Shown here one piece after another: positions 11,501-22,966 of a stretch of 53,327 nt of DNA (position 1 is the first letter of the stretch; every line of letters begins with the position of its first letter). A program made the position numbers and the translations under genes. The notes under the pieces are model-generated. The model was not told where the DNA came from and ran no database searches. It saw only the letters and a program-made list of their open reading frames with translations. The stretch is from Perkinsus olseni (Eukaryota): NCBI GenBank assembly GCA_013115125.1, contig JABANN010000203.1:1-53327 (forward strand), in the 5' to 3' direction.

Positions 11501-14237
11501 CGACTATCGGTGCGATTTGAGTGAGAATGCTTGCTAGTTTAACTACCAATTCTTCATCTCCCCAGATCATGACATCGTCATAGTATACGACACAGAAGAG
11601 GTTTGGTACCAAGTTGGTGAACTCCCTCGTGCTCTTGCACATGACAGGTCGTCCTAGAAGGCCGGTGAAGGCAGCATTCAGAATCATCAGAACAAGTCCC
11701 GACAGTGCCGCCGGCCCGAAAACGAGTCCAAACACAACTCGGTTACTACGATACCTATGGCTATCCGTTACTATATGAACATACTTCTTATCACCAAGCC
11801 TCAGCCTATAAAAGGCTTTACTCAGATCAAGGAAAGCCAAGGTATATGAAGAGTCCCACCGGCCTCTCACAAGCGCCGTTGCTTCGAATATGGTATACCC
11901 GTCATATGAAGCTTGGGGGAGGTGCTTATTTATCTCTCTACAGTCCGTACATGGTCGGCACTTAGTGGTTTTAAAGATTGATTGGGCCACTGGGAAAGTG
12001 CACGCAGTCCCTATGGTCAATTTATCCGGCTTAGTGTAGCCATCTATTTCTTCCCACCAATGGTGGCTTTTGTAGTCTTCTATCTCGTTTCTAAATTGCT
12101 GTTGTTGACCTTCCGTTAACTTCTGTAGTAGAGGTACTGAGTAGTCGTATACTGTCAGTTTTGCTGGCTGGCTCGGGCGTAGCTTTTGACTATCCGTCCT
12201 GCCCTGGGTCCAGTGAACCTCGTATACCAGTTTCTGGTTTGGATGGTCCTTAACGTCATCTCGTTGTATCTTCCGTATCCGCCCTATGTACTCTGGAGCA
12301 CCTGGTAAGGGCACATCGTTATCCATACCCGACATGAGAGCAATCTCTGCGGCTCGTTTCATGCTACTCAAGGATCGGTGGATACCCAGCTGGTCGCTGG
12401 GGGCTCTTTGGTCTACCGCACTCCCTGGTATGGTCAACTGTATATGCAACTTGGGGAAACTTGGTCTACCTATCAGTACATTGATGGACGCTGGCAAATG
12501 GGCGCTCGAGCACACCAAACACTGTATCTGCGCTGAATAGCTCCTGAGGGTTAGGTAGACCTCACAACTATCCACAAGCTCCACTTCACCGTTAAGCCCC
12601 TTCACTGTCAATGATTGAGATAGGGGCGAGGTTCGAAGAGACACCTCTTCCACTATCTGATCTGAGATTAAGTTCACAGATGACATACTGTCAATGCCCG
12701 CTCTAACTGGAGTATATTTATGATCCCCAACACTCTGTGAGATCACTCCAGTAACTATTGAAAGAGCATTGCTTATTCGTTTGGGATTTATCCCGACCCC
12801 ACAGTTATTCACTGACTCAACACTTATAGAGTAAGCAGATGAAGCACTAGTGATGTGAATACTCTTAACAGTAGAATCATCATCTTTACTATTCTTGTTA
12901 CTATTACGTGTACTCGTAGTCTTCGGGCAATTCTTGGCCAAGTGGCCCTTTTGCCCACACTTGAAGCACAAGCCATTTCTTTGACGTTCAGTTAACTCTG
13001 CTGAAGGCAGTCTGAACGAGTCATTAGTTCGAGTAGTAGTAGTTCTTGTAGACACCTGGCTCGAAGGCACACTATTGCTAAACTTCTGCCTTTTGGGCGG
13101 CCGCCCATTATCAGTATCATAGACCTTCGGGCCACGCTTCCTCCCATTGTCTTCTGGGGTGATCAGTCCCAAGTAGCCGTCAATGGACTGCTCACCATTA
13201 TTAAGTGCTTGAGTTTGGAGTCGTGATAACAATTCCTGTGGGGTCTTACAGTCAGCTTTCACCGTGGCAATCAACGCACCATAACCACTATCTGACATCT
13301 TAGCCCGAGGACACTGCTGTAGGATGAACTCGTAAAGGGCAGCCCGGAAGCTCCAATCAATCTGGAGCCCTTTGGTACCGGAGAGCTTCCCAGCTAAGTA
13401 CACTTCCTCCTCCACGATTCTAGAGAAATCCAGTCTCCCAGCTTTGCGATACAGGCTTGTCCATCGTCTCAAAAGAACGATAGGATGGCTAGCTTCTTCA
13501 GAACACTCAAGCTTGTCCATCATCGCCTCAGCTTTCACGCAGAGCTCCGCACACTTCGTCGTCCATCTACTATATGCTTCCTTGACTTTCGCCAGAAACT
13601 CAGTAGTATCGACAACATCAGACGACGGCTCTGCAATCTCTTTCCAGGCAAACAACTCAGCCGCTTGATTCAGCGTCTGTTCACCATTAGGGCCAGTTGT
13701 CAGAATATGTTGAGTACAGAGATCTCTCAACTCTCCTACAACGGTCCTAGGGAGAAACAGACTATAACTGAGGAGACGCAGAGGTGAAGTCGTTCCTTGA
13801 ACTCCATTCAATGCGAAGTCCAATTGCCTACGGAAACGACTCCATCTCCATGCCCCTTTGCCATGGAAACGTATACCCTCGAGACCCTCTTCTCTGGGTG
13901 CATCGGGGTGCTGGTATATGCCCCAGCTTGTAGCAAGAGCTTTCAGTGAGATGCCAATGGACCGGCCATCAGCACCTATGAAATTCATCTGTGACATAGC
14001 TGTACAACGAGGTTTGGCGCCTATAGCGTATTCAACCAGTTGCAAGCATGTTAGTTTATCGGAATACCATGACCAACTAGTTTCAGATGTCGAAAGTGCC
14101 GCAGAACTTAGGGCTTTCTTCAAAAGATCAGAAGGACCTTTCCCGGACGGTGCACCATGTACCGTTCTAGTGTCCGATCCGGTCGCTCCCGTCTTGGCCT
14201 CTTTCTGGTTACCACTTTCAACACTAGGCACAGTCAT
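8540..14237 (-). pseudogene. gag-pol polyprotein (CCHC knuckle, aspartic protease, RT, RNase H, integrase) with one frameshift and one in-frame stop
   Basis: Knuckle CFKCGQKGHLAKNC; protease IDSMS; RT DLSKAF and YYDD; TRRRLF...HDPL; RNase H CDASETGWG...HINRRE...YCDN; integrase H-H-C-C (AHDSPLASH...CQIC), DWAGP, LDN, QSQGLVER and GPY. Frameshift near 10976-10979; TAA at 9656-9658. Confidence 0.92.
14140..14157 (-). other. Primer-binding site, probably tRNA-Gly
   Basis: TGGTGCACCGTCCGGGAA directly after the 5' LTR. Its complement TTCCCGGACGGTGCACCA resembles eukaryotic tRNA-Gly(GCC) 3' ends (TTCCCGG...TGCA-CCA). Confidence 0.8.
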
Positions 14238-14526
14238 GGCAATAGAGATAATACAATAATGAATCGGAGGGCGGAGGTCAGATACAGCGTAATCGATCCA
14301 TAAGACAGCTAAGGGGACAATAGTTGTGACACAGGTAGATCAGTCACGAGAAAAAACAGCCACCGAGATTTGAACCTTGGCTTCTTGCTTAAGAACGTGC
14401 CGCTCTACCACTTGAGCTGATCATCCACGAGATGCTCCGATATTTGCTGCCGTAGACCGTAAATAGAAGGCACAGATAATGGCTGCACGTATGTTGCACA
14501 ACAGGGCGACCGATGAAACCGTTACA
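14158..14526 (-). repeat. 5' LTR (369 bp), contains the gag ATG (14237)
   Basis: Direct repeat of 8139-8506. Confidence 0.97.
14351..14426 (-). promoter_or_regulatory. Degenerate tRNA-like Pol III cassette (A box, B box, T6) inside the LTR; second copy at 8332-8406
   Basis: GGATGATCA-GCTC-AAGTGGTA-GAGC-G-GCACG-TTCTTAA-GCAAGAAGC-CAAGGTTCAAATCTCGG-TGGCTG-TTTTTT. Confidence 0.65.
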
Positions 14527-15279
14527 GTAGTACGACACAGACAAGCGAGAAGAGCAGATAGTAGTGCTCGTGCTGCTGATGGCTACCAACGCTGTTGATG
14601 ATATCATGGATCAACGACCCGTGGGGCTACTCCGATAGAGTCTGTGACCATCGGTACACCTATTTAAGGACGGCCTGCAGTAGCCAACACGTACAGCTGA
14701 ACGACCGGGCATCAGCAGAAGAGATAGACCACAAGATGATGATGGAGACGACGTAGACGAGAATTATTATATTAGGAAGATCTCTACTGGTGAAACTAGA
14801 CAAGAATACAACCTCATTACGTTAAGTCAACGAGAGGCTAAGCGAATCCACCTGGCAAGTCGAAGGAACAGCAGGCCAGAGAATGATCGGCTCAGCCACG
14901 GTGTGACTAATAACAATCAAGCAGGTCGTGAGGAACACTTAGGTTAGTGACACGACGTATGCTATAATTCGTCTAAGGGAAGAGAGGAGGAACAACAGGA
15001 AGAATATGGTGTCGCCTGACATGGTGTGTTTGCGTGAATCGTGTCGTCGAGGGACACAAGTTTTACCGGCAATAATGATAACAACAACAGCAGGGCAGTA
15101 GTGGCGAGGTGATGGAAGAGCCCGGAGTGAAGCTCCGGTGGACCGATGAAGGCAAACGAGGAATAATGACTTCAGGCCAGATTGGCCCGTTGGTGACAGT
15201 CCTCGCAGACAATCTGATAGAGCTGATGATGATGATGCCCTCCTAGACGGAAGGTAGACTCGGAATCCGTTAGGGGACG

Positions 15280-17709
15280 TTAGTACTCCCACTGGGCAGG
15301 AGCAGCATGCTTCTCTTCCTCCTCGTCCCTGTCGGATCGAGGACCCCTTGGAGTAACAGCAAGCTCAGCAACACTGACAGAAGAAGTCCGCTGCCTCTGT
15401 TCTCGGTCCTCGACTTCCTTCATACGCTGAAAGTTGTCATCCATCACCTTCACCCTCTCATGGATGCCGTTCAACAGCCCATCGAGCGTGTTCCACAATG
15501 GGCTCACGACGAAGCTTATGAACCCAACCTGTAACTTGGCAAGCTCCAATGTGTCGTCTGGACGATGGGCCATGAAGGGCGCGAAGGGCAGGCCTTCCAT
15601 CCTCTCAGCCTCGGCCTGGCGGTAGTACTCAGAGACCACACGATAGCTCCAGTTGTAGTACTCATCATAGGGCATGAGTGGGTTAGAGATATCAGCAGCA
15701 TGCACGATGCCTTGAAGCAGCGTAGGTCGGCTCTCGGCCAAGGCCCCGTCGATCCACTCCCCTGCTTGCCCGTGCCTCTCCTCGTTGGAGCCGTTGTAGT
15801 CCAGTAGTAGTTCCTGCAGCTTGATGGTTATGTCGAAGTGGACCTTCATGTCCGTAGCCAGAATGACCGCGATAACGGTCTGACGGAAGAGCTCGTAGTC
15901 GCTGGGCTCGCCAGGCTCCTCAGCTGCAGGCCAGGACGAAGTGAAGTCAACAGCACCACCAAGAAGAAGTTCGAACGTCCTCGCAGCATGCATGTTCTCC
16001 AGCACAGCCGTGTCGTTGTATCGCACAGCCAGATGCCTTCTCCCCTTGATGAAGTAGTCGTTGTTGAGGCCAGGGTGATTAACGTCATGGCACAGTGCTC
16101 CGATTAGGAGACTGAACTCCTCCAGAGGAGTGCAAATTACGTCACGCGCCCCAGCGGGTCCCGGTCGGGCAGAGCAACCCGCTTTGTACAGAACGTAGCC
16201 CACGCAGCTCATCACTTGATAGGCGTGGTAGAAGTTGTGGTACGGATTATCAGCATGATAATCAGTGGCGATCAGGTTAATAAACCCCCACAGCTTAGAG
16301 GCCTCCACCAGCTTCCCTTCGCCCACGAAGCCCCATCGGTCGAATACACTGTAGGCCCGACGAACCATCTCAGAATGGTCTATATTGAACAACTTTACGT
16401 CCCAGCTGAGCAGATCCGGCAGCTGCAGGCTCTCCATCACAGGCAGCTCCAGTATCTTAGCCGTGAACTTCGCCTCATCGTACGCTACCGAGTCGCTCGC
16501 CCTTCTCGAGGTGTCGCTGACGGAGCCCCTGCCGGTGCTGGTGCTGTCCCTAGCGCCACCCATGCCATCCCGCATCCACTGCTGGACGAAGGCATAGACA
16601 CTAGGATTCTCATTCTGCAGCTGCCTGGACACTCGTCGGAGTATGATACTCCGAATGGCGGTACTGGTAAGATCATGGCTCCAGCGATGGGACACATGCC
16701 TGGCCACGGTCAACTGCGGTGGAGGCGGGACACTATCGCACTCCTCCTCCTCATCAGCACGATGCACGACGCCGACTAGCCCGACGCCCCTTCGTCCCAC
16801 GCTTGAGCTCAGGAAAGTAGATGTAGGCATCGTCGTCATCCTCATCGCTATCATTGGCTGTGTCGTGGTACTGCGGGCGCCTCTCAGTGAGGTTCTCCCG
16901 GATGTAGTTACACATGAACTCGGCAGGGTTGCAAGGCGTGTGAATACCCAGCTCAATGAGCATCATACAGGGTGTTCCAATTCGATATGCAAATCACTAA
17001 AATCAGTCTAATTCATGCCATATTGCGTGTTTGAAGCTGAAACTTGAGTATGATATGCCCTAATATATTTACGGCAAAGGGTATTAATATCAGCTAATCG
17101 ATCGACCGTTTCGCTTACCCGAGGGCGCGCGAAAAAAATTCTCACCGGGTAGCCGTGCCAATTCGTTATGCAACACAGTTCTTGATCGGTCTAATGGCTC
17201 GTGGAACCTTCCTTCAAACACAGAGTTTCAGCTTCAAACACGCAATATGGCATGAATTAGACTGATTTTAGTGATTTGCATATCGAATTGGAACACCCTG
17301 TAGTGAGGAAGTTCTCCAAGTCAAACCGTCGGAAGTAGGCCAGGACGTCCTTAGAGCAGACCTTGTGACCATTAGGGCTCTCCTCTGCCGCGGCAGCAGC
17401 ACAGGCCGCTACGACCTCGGCAGTTGACGGAGAGGTAGGAGTACCGGCAGCATCGCTCGGAGAACCATGGTGATGATGATGGCGATGGGTGACAGAACTC
17501 GGTGAAGTGACGACAGACTCAGGCCTGGCTACCTGGATGAAAGGGGAGATGGTCGGCGCATCGTCCGAAGCATCATCATCCTCGCAGTCGTCTAAGGTGG
17601 AAGCCGTCGCAGCACAAGCCAGCGCTGACTTGGTGACCACGTCGTCTTCTGTTTTGTTCTTATCGTTCTTGTCATTCTCCTGCGTGGTCGTGGTGGTAGT
17701 AAGGCTCAT
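15280..17709 (-). CDS. Class I cyclic-nucleotide phosphodiesterase with an N-terminal RIIa/Dpy-30-like docking motif; this copy is interrupted by a MITE
   Basis: YHNFYHA, HDVNHPGLNN, LENMHA, ATDM, ADISNP, EYYRQ and QVGFI motifs. The upstream exon rejoins in frame when the MITE is removed. Confidence 0.85.
16968..17300. mobile_element. Non-autonomous Tc1/mariner-type MITE, 333 bp, 77-bp TIRs, TA TSD
   Basis: TIRs at 16968-17044 and 17224-17300 begin CAGGGTGTTCCAATTCG. TA at 16966-16967 and 17301-17302. No transposase. Confidence 0.95.
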
Positions 17710-17743
17710 GTAGGGATTAGCAGGCCAGTGCTTATCGATAGAA

Positions 17744-20700
17744 TTACAACCAACTGAACGAAGACGACAGGAGAATCACTCTGGACCTCCACCCGAACCA
17801 CAGCCCGGCTGGCATCAAGAAACTGCGCAAGTTATAATAAATATTGACGATGTTGATGCTGTTAGACAAATATAGCGGTCCCCGACTATTGCTGCTGTTG
17901 TTGGCCCGACACCGCTCGTTCCGGACTGGAAGGGGAGCTGAACGAGAGAACCACGTGTGGCGGTGTACCGACCCGTAAGCCCGTACTACCTCAGTTGTTG
18001 TTGTTGCCCTTTGGCATCGGCCAAAGGCTGGGCAGGTAGCTGCGAGGCATTCGTATAGGAGCCGTAATAGTAGTACCCCGTCTGTGGTGACGGCCATTGC
18101 TGCTGCTGTTGTTGGTGAGGTTGAACCGTGGGCACCGAGTAAGCGCCAGACTGCTGAGCACTAGGGCTCTGCTGAGGCATCAGCGGTGGGGCACCGTACG
18201 GCAGTGGCGCACCGGTAGGGTACCGGTGTTGGTCGATGGCCCCCTGAGGTCCATAGTATTGGGGCTGTGCCGGTACTGCACTCAACGGGGCAGCCGCCGG
18301 AACAGGCTGTCCTTGATGGACCACAGGGGAAGCGGTGATGGGGATTGACGAAGAAGCGGATAGCTGGCTGGCTGAAGTCTGGGGACCCACAGGGGAGCCA
18401 CGGATGATGGACTGTGGACTACTAGCCTGCTGCAGTGAGGCCACCGATGCCGCCGCCGGCGCCGCCTGCACTACAGGGACTGGGTGGTACGGTTGCTGGA
18501 GATCAGCCTGGGCACCAGGGATCATGCTTGCTGAGCTCATGCCCGCATGTAGAGATCCCACCGGGGATGAGGCGTTGGCGGCCGGCGACGAGGCTCGTTG
18601 TGGCTGAGCCACACCTAACTCATCCCGCCCAGCTAGACCTTGCACAGCCATAGGCGACTGCTGCTGCTGCTGCTGTTGTGGCGGTGCTCCTTGCACGGGC
18701 ATGGGCGACTGCTGCTGCTGCTGTAGTGGCGGTGCTCCTTGCACAGGCATGGGCGACTGCTGCTGCTGCTGCTGTAGTGGCGGTGCCCCTTGTACGGCCA
18801 TAGGCGACTGCTGCTGCTGCTGCTGCTGTTGTGGCGGTGCCCCTTGCACAGGCATGGGCGACTGCTGCTGCTGCTGTAGTGGCGGTGCCCCTTGTACGGC
18901 CATAGGCGACTGCTGCTGCTGCTGTTGTGGCGGTGCCCCTTGCACAGCCATAGGCGACTGCTGCTGCTGTAGTGGCGGTGCCCCTTGTACAGCCATAGGC
19001 GACTGCTGCTGCAGTAGTGGCGGTGCTCCTTGCACAGGCATGGGCGGCTGTTGTTGTTGTTTATAATAATAGGCTTGCTGCTCTCCAGGAGTCCAAGACT
19101 GTTGTTGTTGTTGTTGTCCACTATGAGCCCCATACTGTGTCCCCAGAGCTGGAGGGATATACCCCTGTGGCAGACCATTGGTATCGCCGCCTGCTGTAGC
19201 CAGTGCATCGAACGCCTCGAACGGGTTGCTATCACTTTTGCCACCCATGCCACTCCCTGCCCCCATCTGCCCTTCATTACCACCCATGCCGTCCCCGGCA
19301 CCTCCTTGGCCAACAGCTGCACCAGCACCACCGCCGGCCGCTGCTGACCCCCAGACATCAGGGCTATCGAAAGATATCATGTCCGGTGCGACGGGCTGGG
19401 GCGCACTCGTTGAGGGCTCGTCAGGGAAGGTCGGCATTTGTGTATTAAAAAATGCGTTCTCAGCAGCATCCACTTGTTGCTTATAATCGTCCCGGTGACC
19501 TATCCTAGCCGCCAAATCTGTGGGTGGCGGGATCTGTGGGTTCTCGTCTTCGCTCTGACAGAAGATTGTTCGAAGTTGACCCATTTTGCATCTTGCCAGC
19601 CTCAACCTACAGATTCGTCTTCACTGGAGGAATCATCATCAACTCCAGCCTGAGCTCGAAGCAGCGCTACTTGCTTCTGCATCTCCCGGTACCTATGAGG
19701 CCCCTCGATCCCACAGTATCGCATAATTTGGGGAAATTTTGGTATGAGACTTACTCATCATCATTCGTCTCGTTAGCTTTTCTCTTCTCCGCCATTCGTC
19801 TCTCATAGTACCTGCATAACCCAGTGACCACCAACAAGGGAATCTTAGGTCGACTACTGTCGAAGACGGATAGCCTGCTCCCGCTTTCCCCTGACCGTGT
19901 AAGCGTAGAACGGCACCGTGTCGATGAGCAGGTCCCATCGATCAGGATACCGAGATGGGACTATCTTGAAGTAATGGCCCTGGAACTTGAAGGCGTAACT
20001 GCACAGCGGCCGTTTCCAAAGCCTAATGGTCCGTCCACGCGAGGTCTACCTGAACTTGCCAGACTTCTGAACTTGCATGGTTTGTTCATAGCCATTGAGG
20101 ACGACTCTGTATTTGTCACTGCGCCACGAAACGAACAGATTTACCAGGTAACTCTAAGGATAGCGACTACTGTCTGTACTGAACCAGACCGAGTGGCCCG
20201 TACTGTACTACCTGGCCGCCTATCTCGAACCGCCAAGTGTACCTGCACGGTGCGGTATGAGGGAGGACTCCCAAAGGGCCAGGGCTCTACTTGGTTTTGG
20301 AACTGGATATGACCGACCCGACGTCCTCAGTCTCGTAAGATACCGCCGTTATCTCATCATCGGCGGGATTGGCGGTGGGCGATGACATTGCTGGCCCTCA
20401 AACAGGAACAAAATTGGACCTATCTGAGTTTGGCAAGGACGATGGAAAGATACCCCAACACCTCCGTTGGGTCCGATGAGTTGAAAGCACTACAACACCA
20501 CAATCGTTTAATGGAAACGAGCATCTGTTACACGGCGCGCGGTCAATCGTCCTGCAAGGCTGTCACAGGCAGCCGCCGGTACTACCCCGAACTGGCTTCG
20601 TATTTTACTCCGACCTCTCCTTCAACGGCTACCGGTTTATCGTCGCAGTGGACGCCAACGCCTTACGAACTCCTCTCATAGAAGCGGCCTGTCATTCACC
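17744..20700 (-). CDS. Q/P-rich multi-exon protein; N-terminal beta-rich domain weakly FAIM-like; start and end uncertain
   Basis: 539-aa Q/P-rich ORF at 17986-19605. Upstream exons read WRSDKYRVVLNG...FKFQGHYFKIV...WDLLIDTVPF. Confidence 0.5.
18640..19050 (-). repeat. Coding tandem repeat, about 9 x [SPM(A/P)VQGAPP(L)-Qn]
   Basis: Visible in ORF 17986-19605; CAG tract length varies between units. Confidence 0.92.
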
Positions 20701-20896
20701 TACTGATGGCTACTCAACGACTGCCCAGCCCGCCCTAACCATAGCGACCAGCCCCAACGCCTTTACCCGGTTAGAACCGTTTGGATGACCCAGAGGTAAG
20801 GGTCACAGATAACGATCGCGCCCGCCATTCTGATCGATTATGTTTCACCAGACAGTGAGTGTAGAAATGACTATGGCTTCCCAATAATATGTTATT

Positions 20897-22513
20897 ATGT
20901 CTAGTACAAGTACTAATAAACTTACCCGTCACATCCCTGAGTACATATGGTTCCTGCTGTATCGGATTGTGAATGCTCTATTAATAAGCACCTACAGCAG
21001 CGCTGATGAGTACTGGCAGTCCATAGAGGTGTCGCATTACCTTGTCTTTGGTAAGGGGTACCTCACGTGGGAATGGCGACCTGAAGTGGCCTTAAGGTCC
21101 TCCTTAATGCCCCTCTTCTATGTCCCTTACTACTGGTTGTTGAAGGTAACGGGATTGGACGGGCGTTGGCTGATAGCCTACGGGCCGAGAGTCTTCGTAC
21201 AGGCCCCCTTGGCAGCATTAGCCGACCTTTGCTTCTCTAAAACCGTATCGATTCTCCTGGAGCCAGCACTCGCAAGGACTGCCTTGGTACTGTGGCTCAG
21301 CAACTGGTTCATTCTCTCGATGCTAACCAGGACCTTCGCCAACAGTGTCGAGACCGCCCTTTACTGCATTATAATATTCGCTCTACTCCGATGGACCAGG
21401 CAGCCCAGAAAATACCACTTCCTCTTCCTCTCAACGGTCCTTTCGGCGGCTTCAGTGCTCATTCGCCCGACCAGCGCTACCTCTCTGGCGCCCTTGCTAG
21501 CGTTTAACTGCGTCTACGTGTTGTCCTACACCAGGCAATGGTGGCTGCTTCCGGTATGTGTTGGTATTGGCCTGGGGACCATGGCATGCATAGGATGCCT
21601 CGACAGCGTATTGCTGTATAATGGGAGCCTGCGAGGAGCCCTTACTTGGTTCAATTTTGCGGAATTCAATTTCATCAACGACTTTGGGAAGCTTTACGGC
21701 GATGACCACTCTTGGCTATGGTGAGAAGCCTCTTCGTCTGAGTCCCCCTTTCCCTCATACTGCTTCAGGTACTTCATAGCCGGCATTCCTCTATTACTGC
21801 TCAACCACATGGTACCACTACTTCGATCGTTGTGGGAGGGCACCTACCGGCCCCCTATGGACAAGCGTTTTACGCTCTCACTGGTCCTATCCTGGTTGGT
21901 GTCTTTGCCACTGCTGTCCTTGGCAAGTCACAAGGAGCTGCGCTTTATTATGCCTACTGTGCCAGTATTGTGTCTAGTGGTAGCTCCAGCTGTTGGTCCT
22001 ATTAGAGGTGGCATTCAAGGTCTGTTCAAGAAGGCATGGCCGCACTTAGTGGTGGCCTTGGTAGCTCTTCGATGGCATCAGTATGGTCCTGATGTTGTTA
22101 TGTCGGAGCTGTCGCGGCAGGTGGCCCCTGGCGATAGCGTGAGGTTCCTTACGCCCTGTCACGCGACGCCGTTCACAACGCACGTGCATGGGACTAGGAT
22201 ATCATCGATGGACATACTCGACTGTTCTCCGCCATTAAAGGAGTTGGCTGCAGGGATCGAACCCGGGTTGAATGAGCGGGACGCCTTCTTCGCGGACCCT
22301 CAGGCTCATGTGGAGAACACGACTCGTGGCTACGACTGGCTGGTTGTGTGGGGTGGTGCTGTTCGCCGAGAGGACAACGGTCTGGCGCGGTGGTTGGAGG
22401 AGGACGGCGACTATGACTTCGTAGAGAGCATCGGTGATGGTATGATCAATGATGGTCCTTATGGCTTCGAGTTTTGGCCGACTTTTGAACTATATCATCA
22501 TCATAATGACTAG
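20897..22513 (+). CDS. PIGB: GPI mannosyltransferase 3 (PIG-B/GPI10, GT22 family); exons 20897-21720 and 21769-22513
   Basis: ADEYWQSIEVSH, GYLTWEW, RTFANSVET, IRPTS, HKELRF and LTPCHATP motifs; GT-AG intron 21721-21768. Confidence 0.9.
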
Positions 22514-22966
22514 CAGCAGTAGTAGTCGATGGTCTGTAGGGCTTGTTGTTGACTTTCATGTTTTCCATGATGACAGTGCGGCTTGTAGTGGAGGACGCCA
22601 ATGGAGGGTAGGGAGGGCTGTCGTTTTCAGATGGCGAAGATACACTGCGACTGGTCGGATAGCGCAATACGGGTTGCAGAGATGGTGTTATTATTTAGTG
22701 GATAGGATTTCGATAAGGTGGCTCTTGATGATTCCAGAAGTCAAGATACCATGCCGTAGGTGGGTGTATGGTGAATAGTCCTTCTGTGCGTGTCGGGGTA
22801 GTCTTTCTAGATGCTGTAGGTTCTCCAGCATGTAGGATTTTCCCCTTTTTTCATCAGAATCGGTGTCCATCGCAGTGCATATTACCGACATATGATGGCG
22901 TGATAGGTCGGTTAAATACGACATTGACCTGTTGCTGGGTAGTTTGATTGTGTCCTCTGTCTCCTT

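Larger units (their letters stand above)
8139..14526 (-). mobile_element. Full-length LTR retrotransposon (BEL/Pao-like), 6388 bp, 4-bp TSD GTAG
   Basis: Direct repeats 8139-8506 and 14158-14526 with TG...CA ends. GTAG at 8135-8138 and 14527-14530. PBS, PPT and gag-PR-RT-RH-IN coding between the repeats. Confidence 0.97.

Noticed and set aside
7990-14600. Host gene disrupted by the LTR element
   Set aside because: Joining the flanks across the GTAG TSD gives no convincing plus-strand frame or recognisable protein; the insertion appears intergenic
18640-19050. CRISPR-like repeat-spacer array
   Set aside because: The apparent spacers are only CAG tracts within a eukaryotic coding repeat; no cas genes
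18701-19066. Plus-strand ORF rich in poly-Cys (metallothionein-like look)
   Set aside because: It is the antisense reading of the CAG/polyQ repeat in the minus-strand gene
22691-22924. 77-aa minus-strand ORF between PIG-B and the methyltransferase-like gene
   Set aside because: Short, no motif and opposite to the block orientation; cannot be supported
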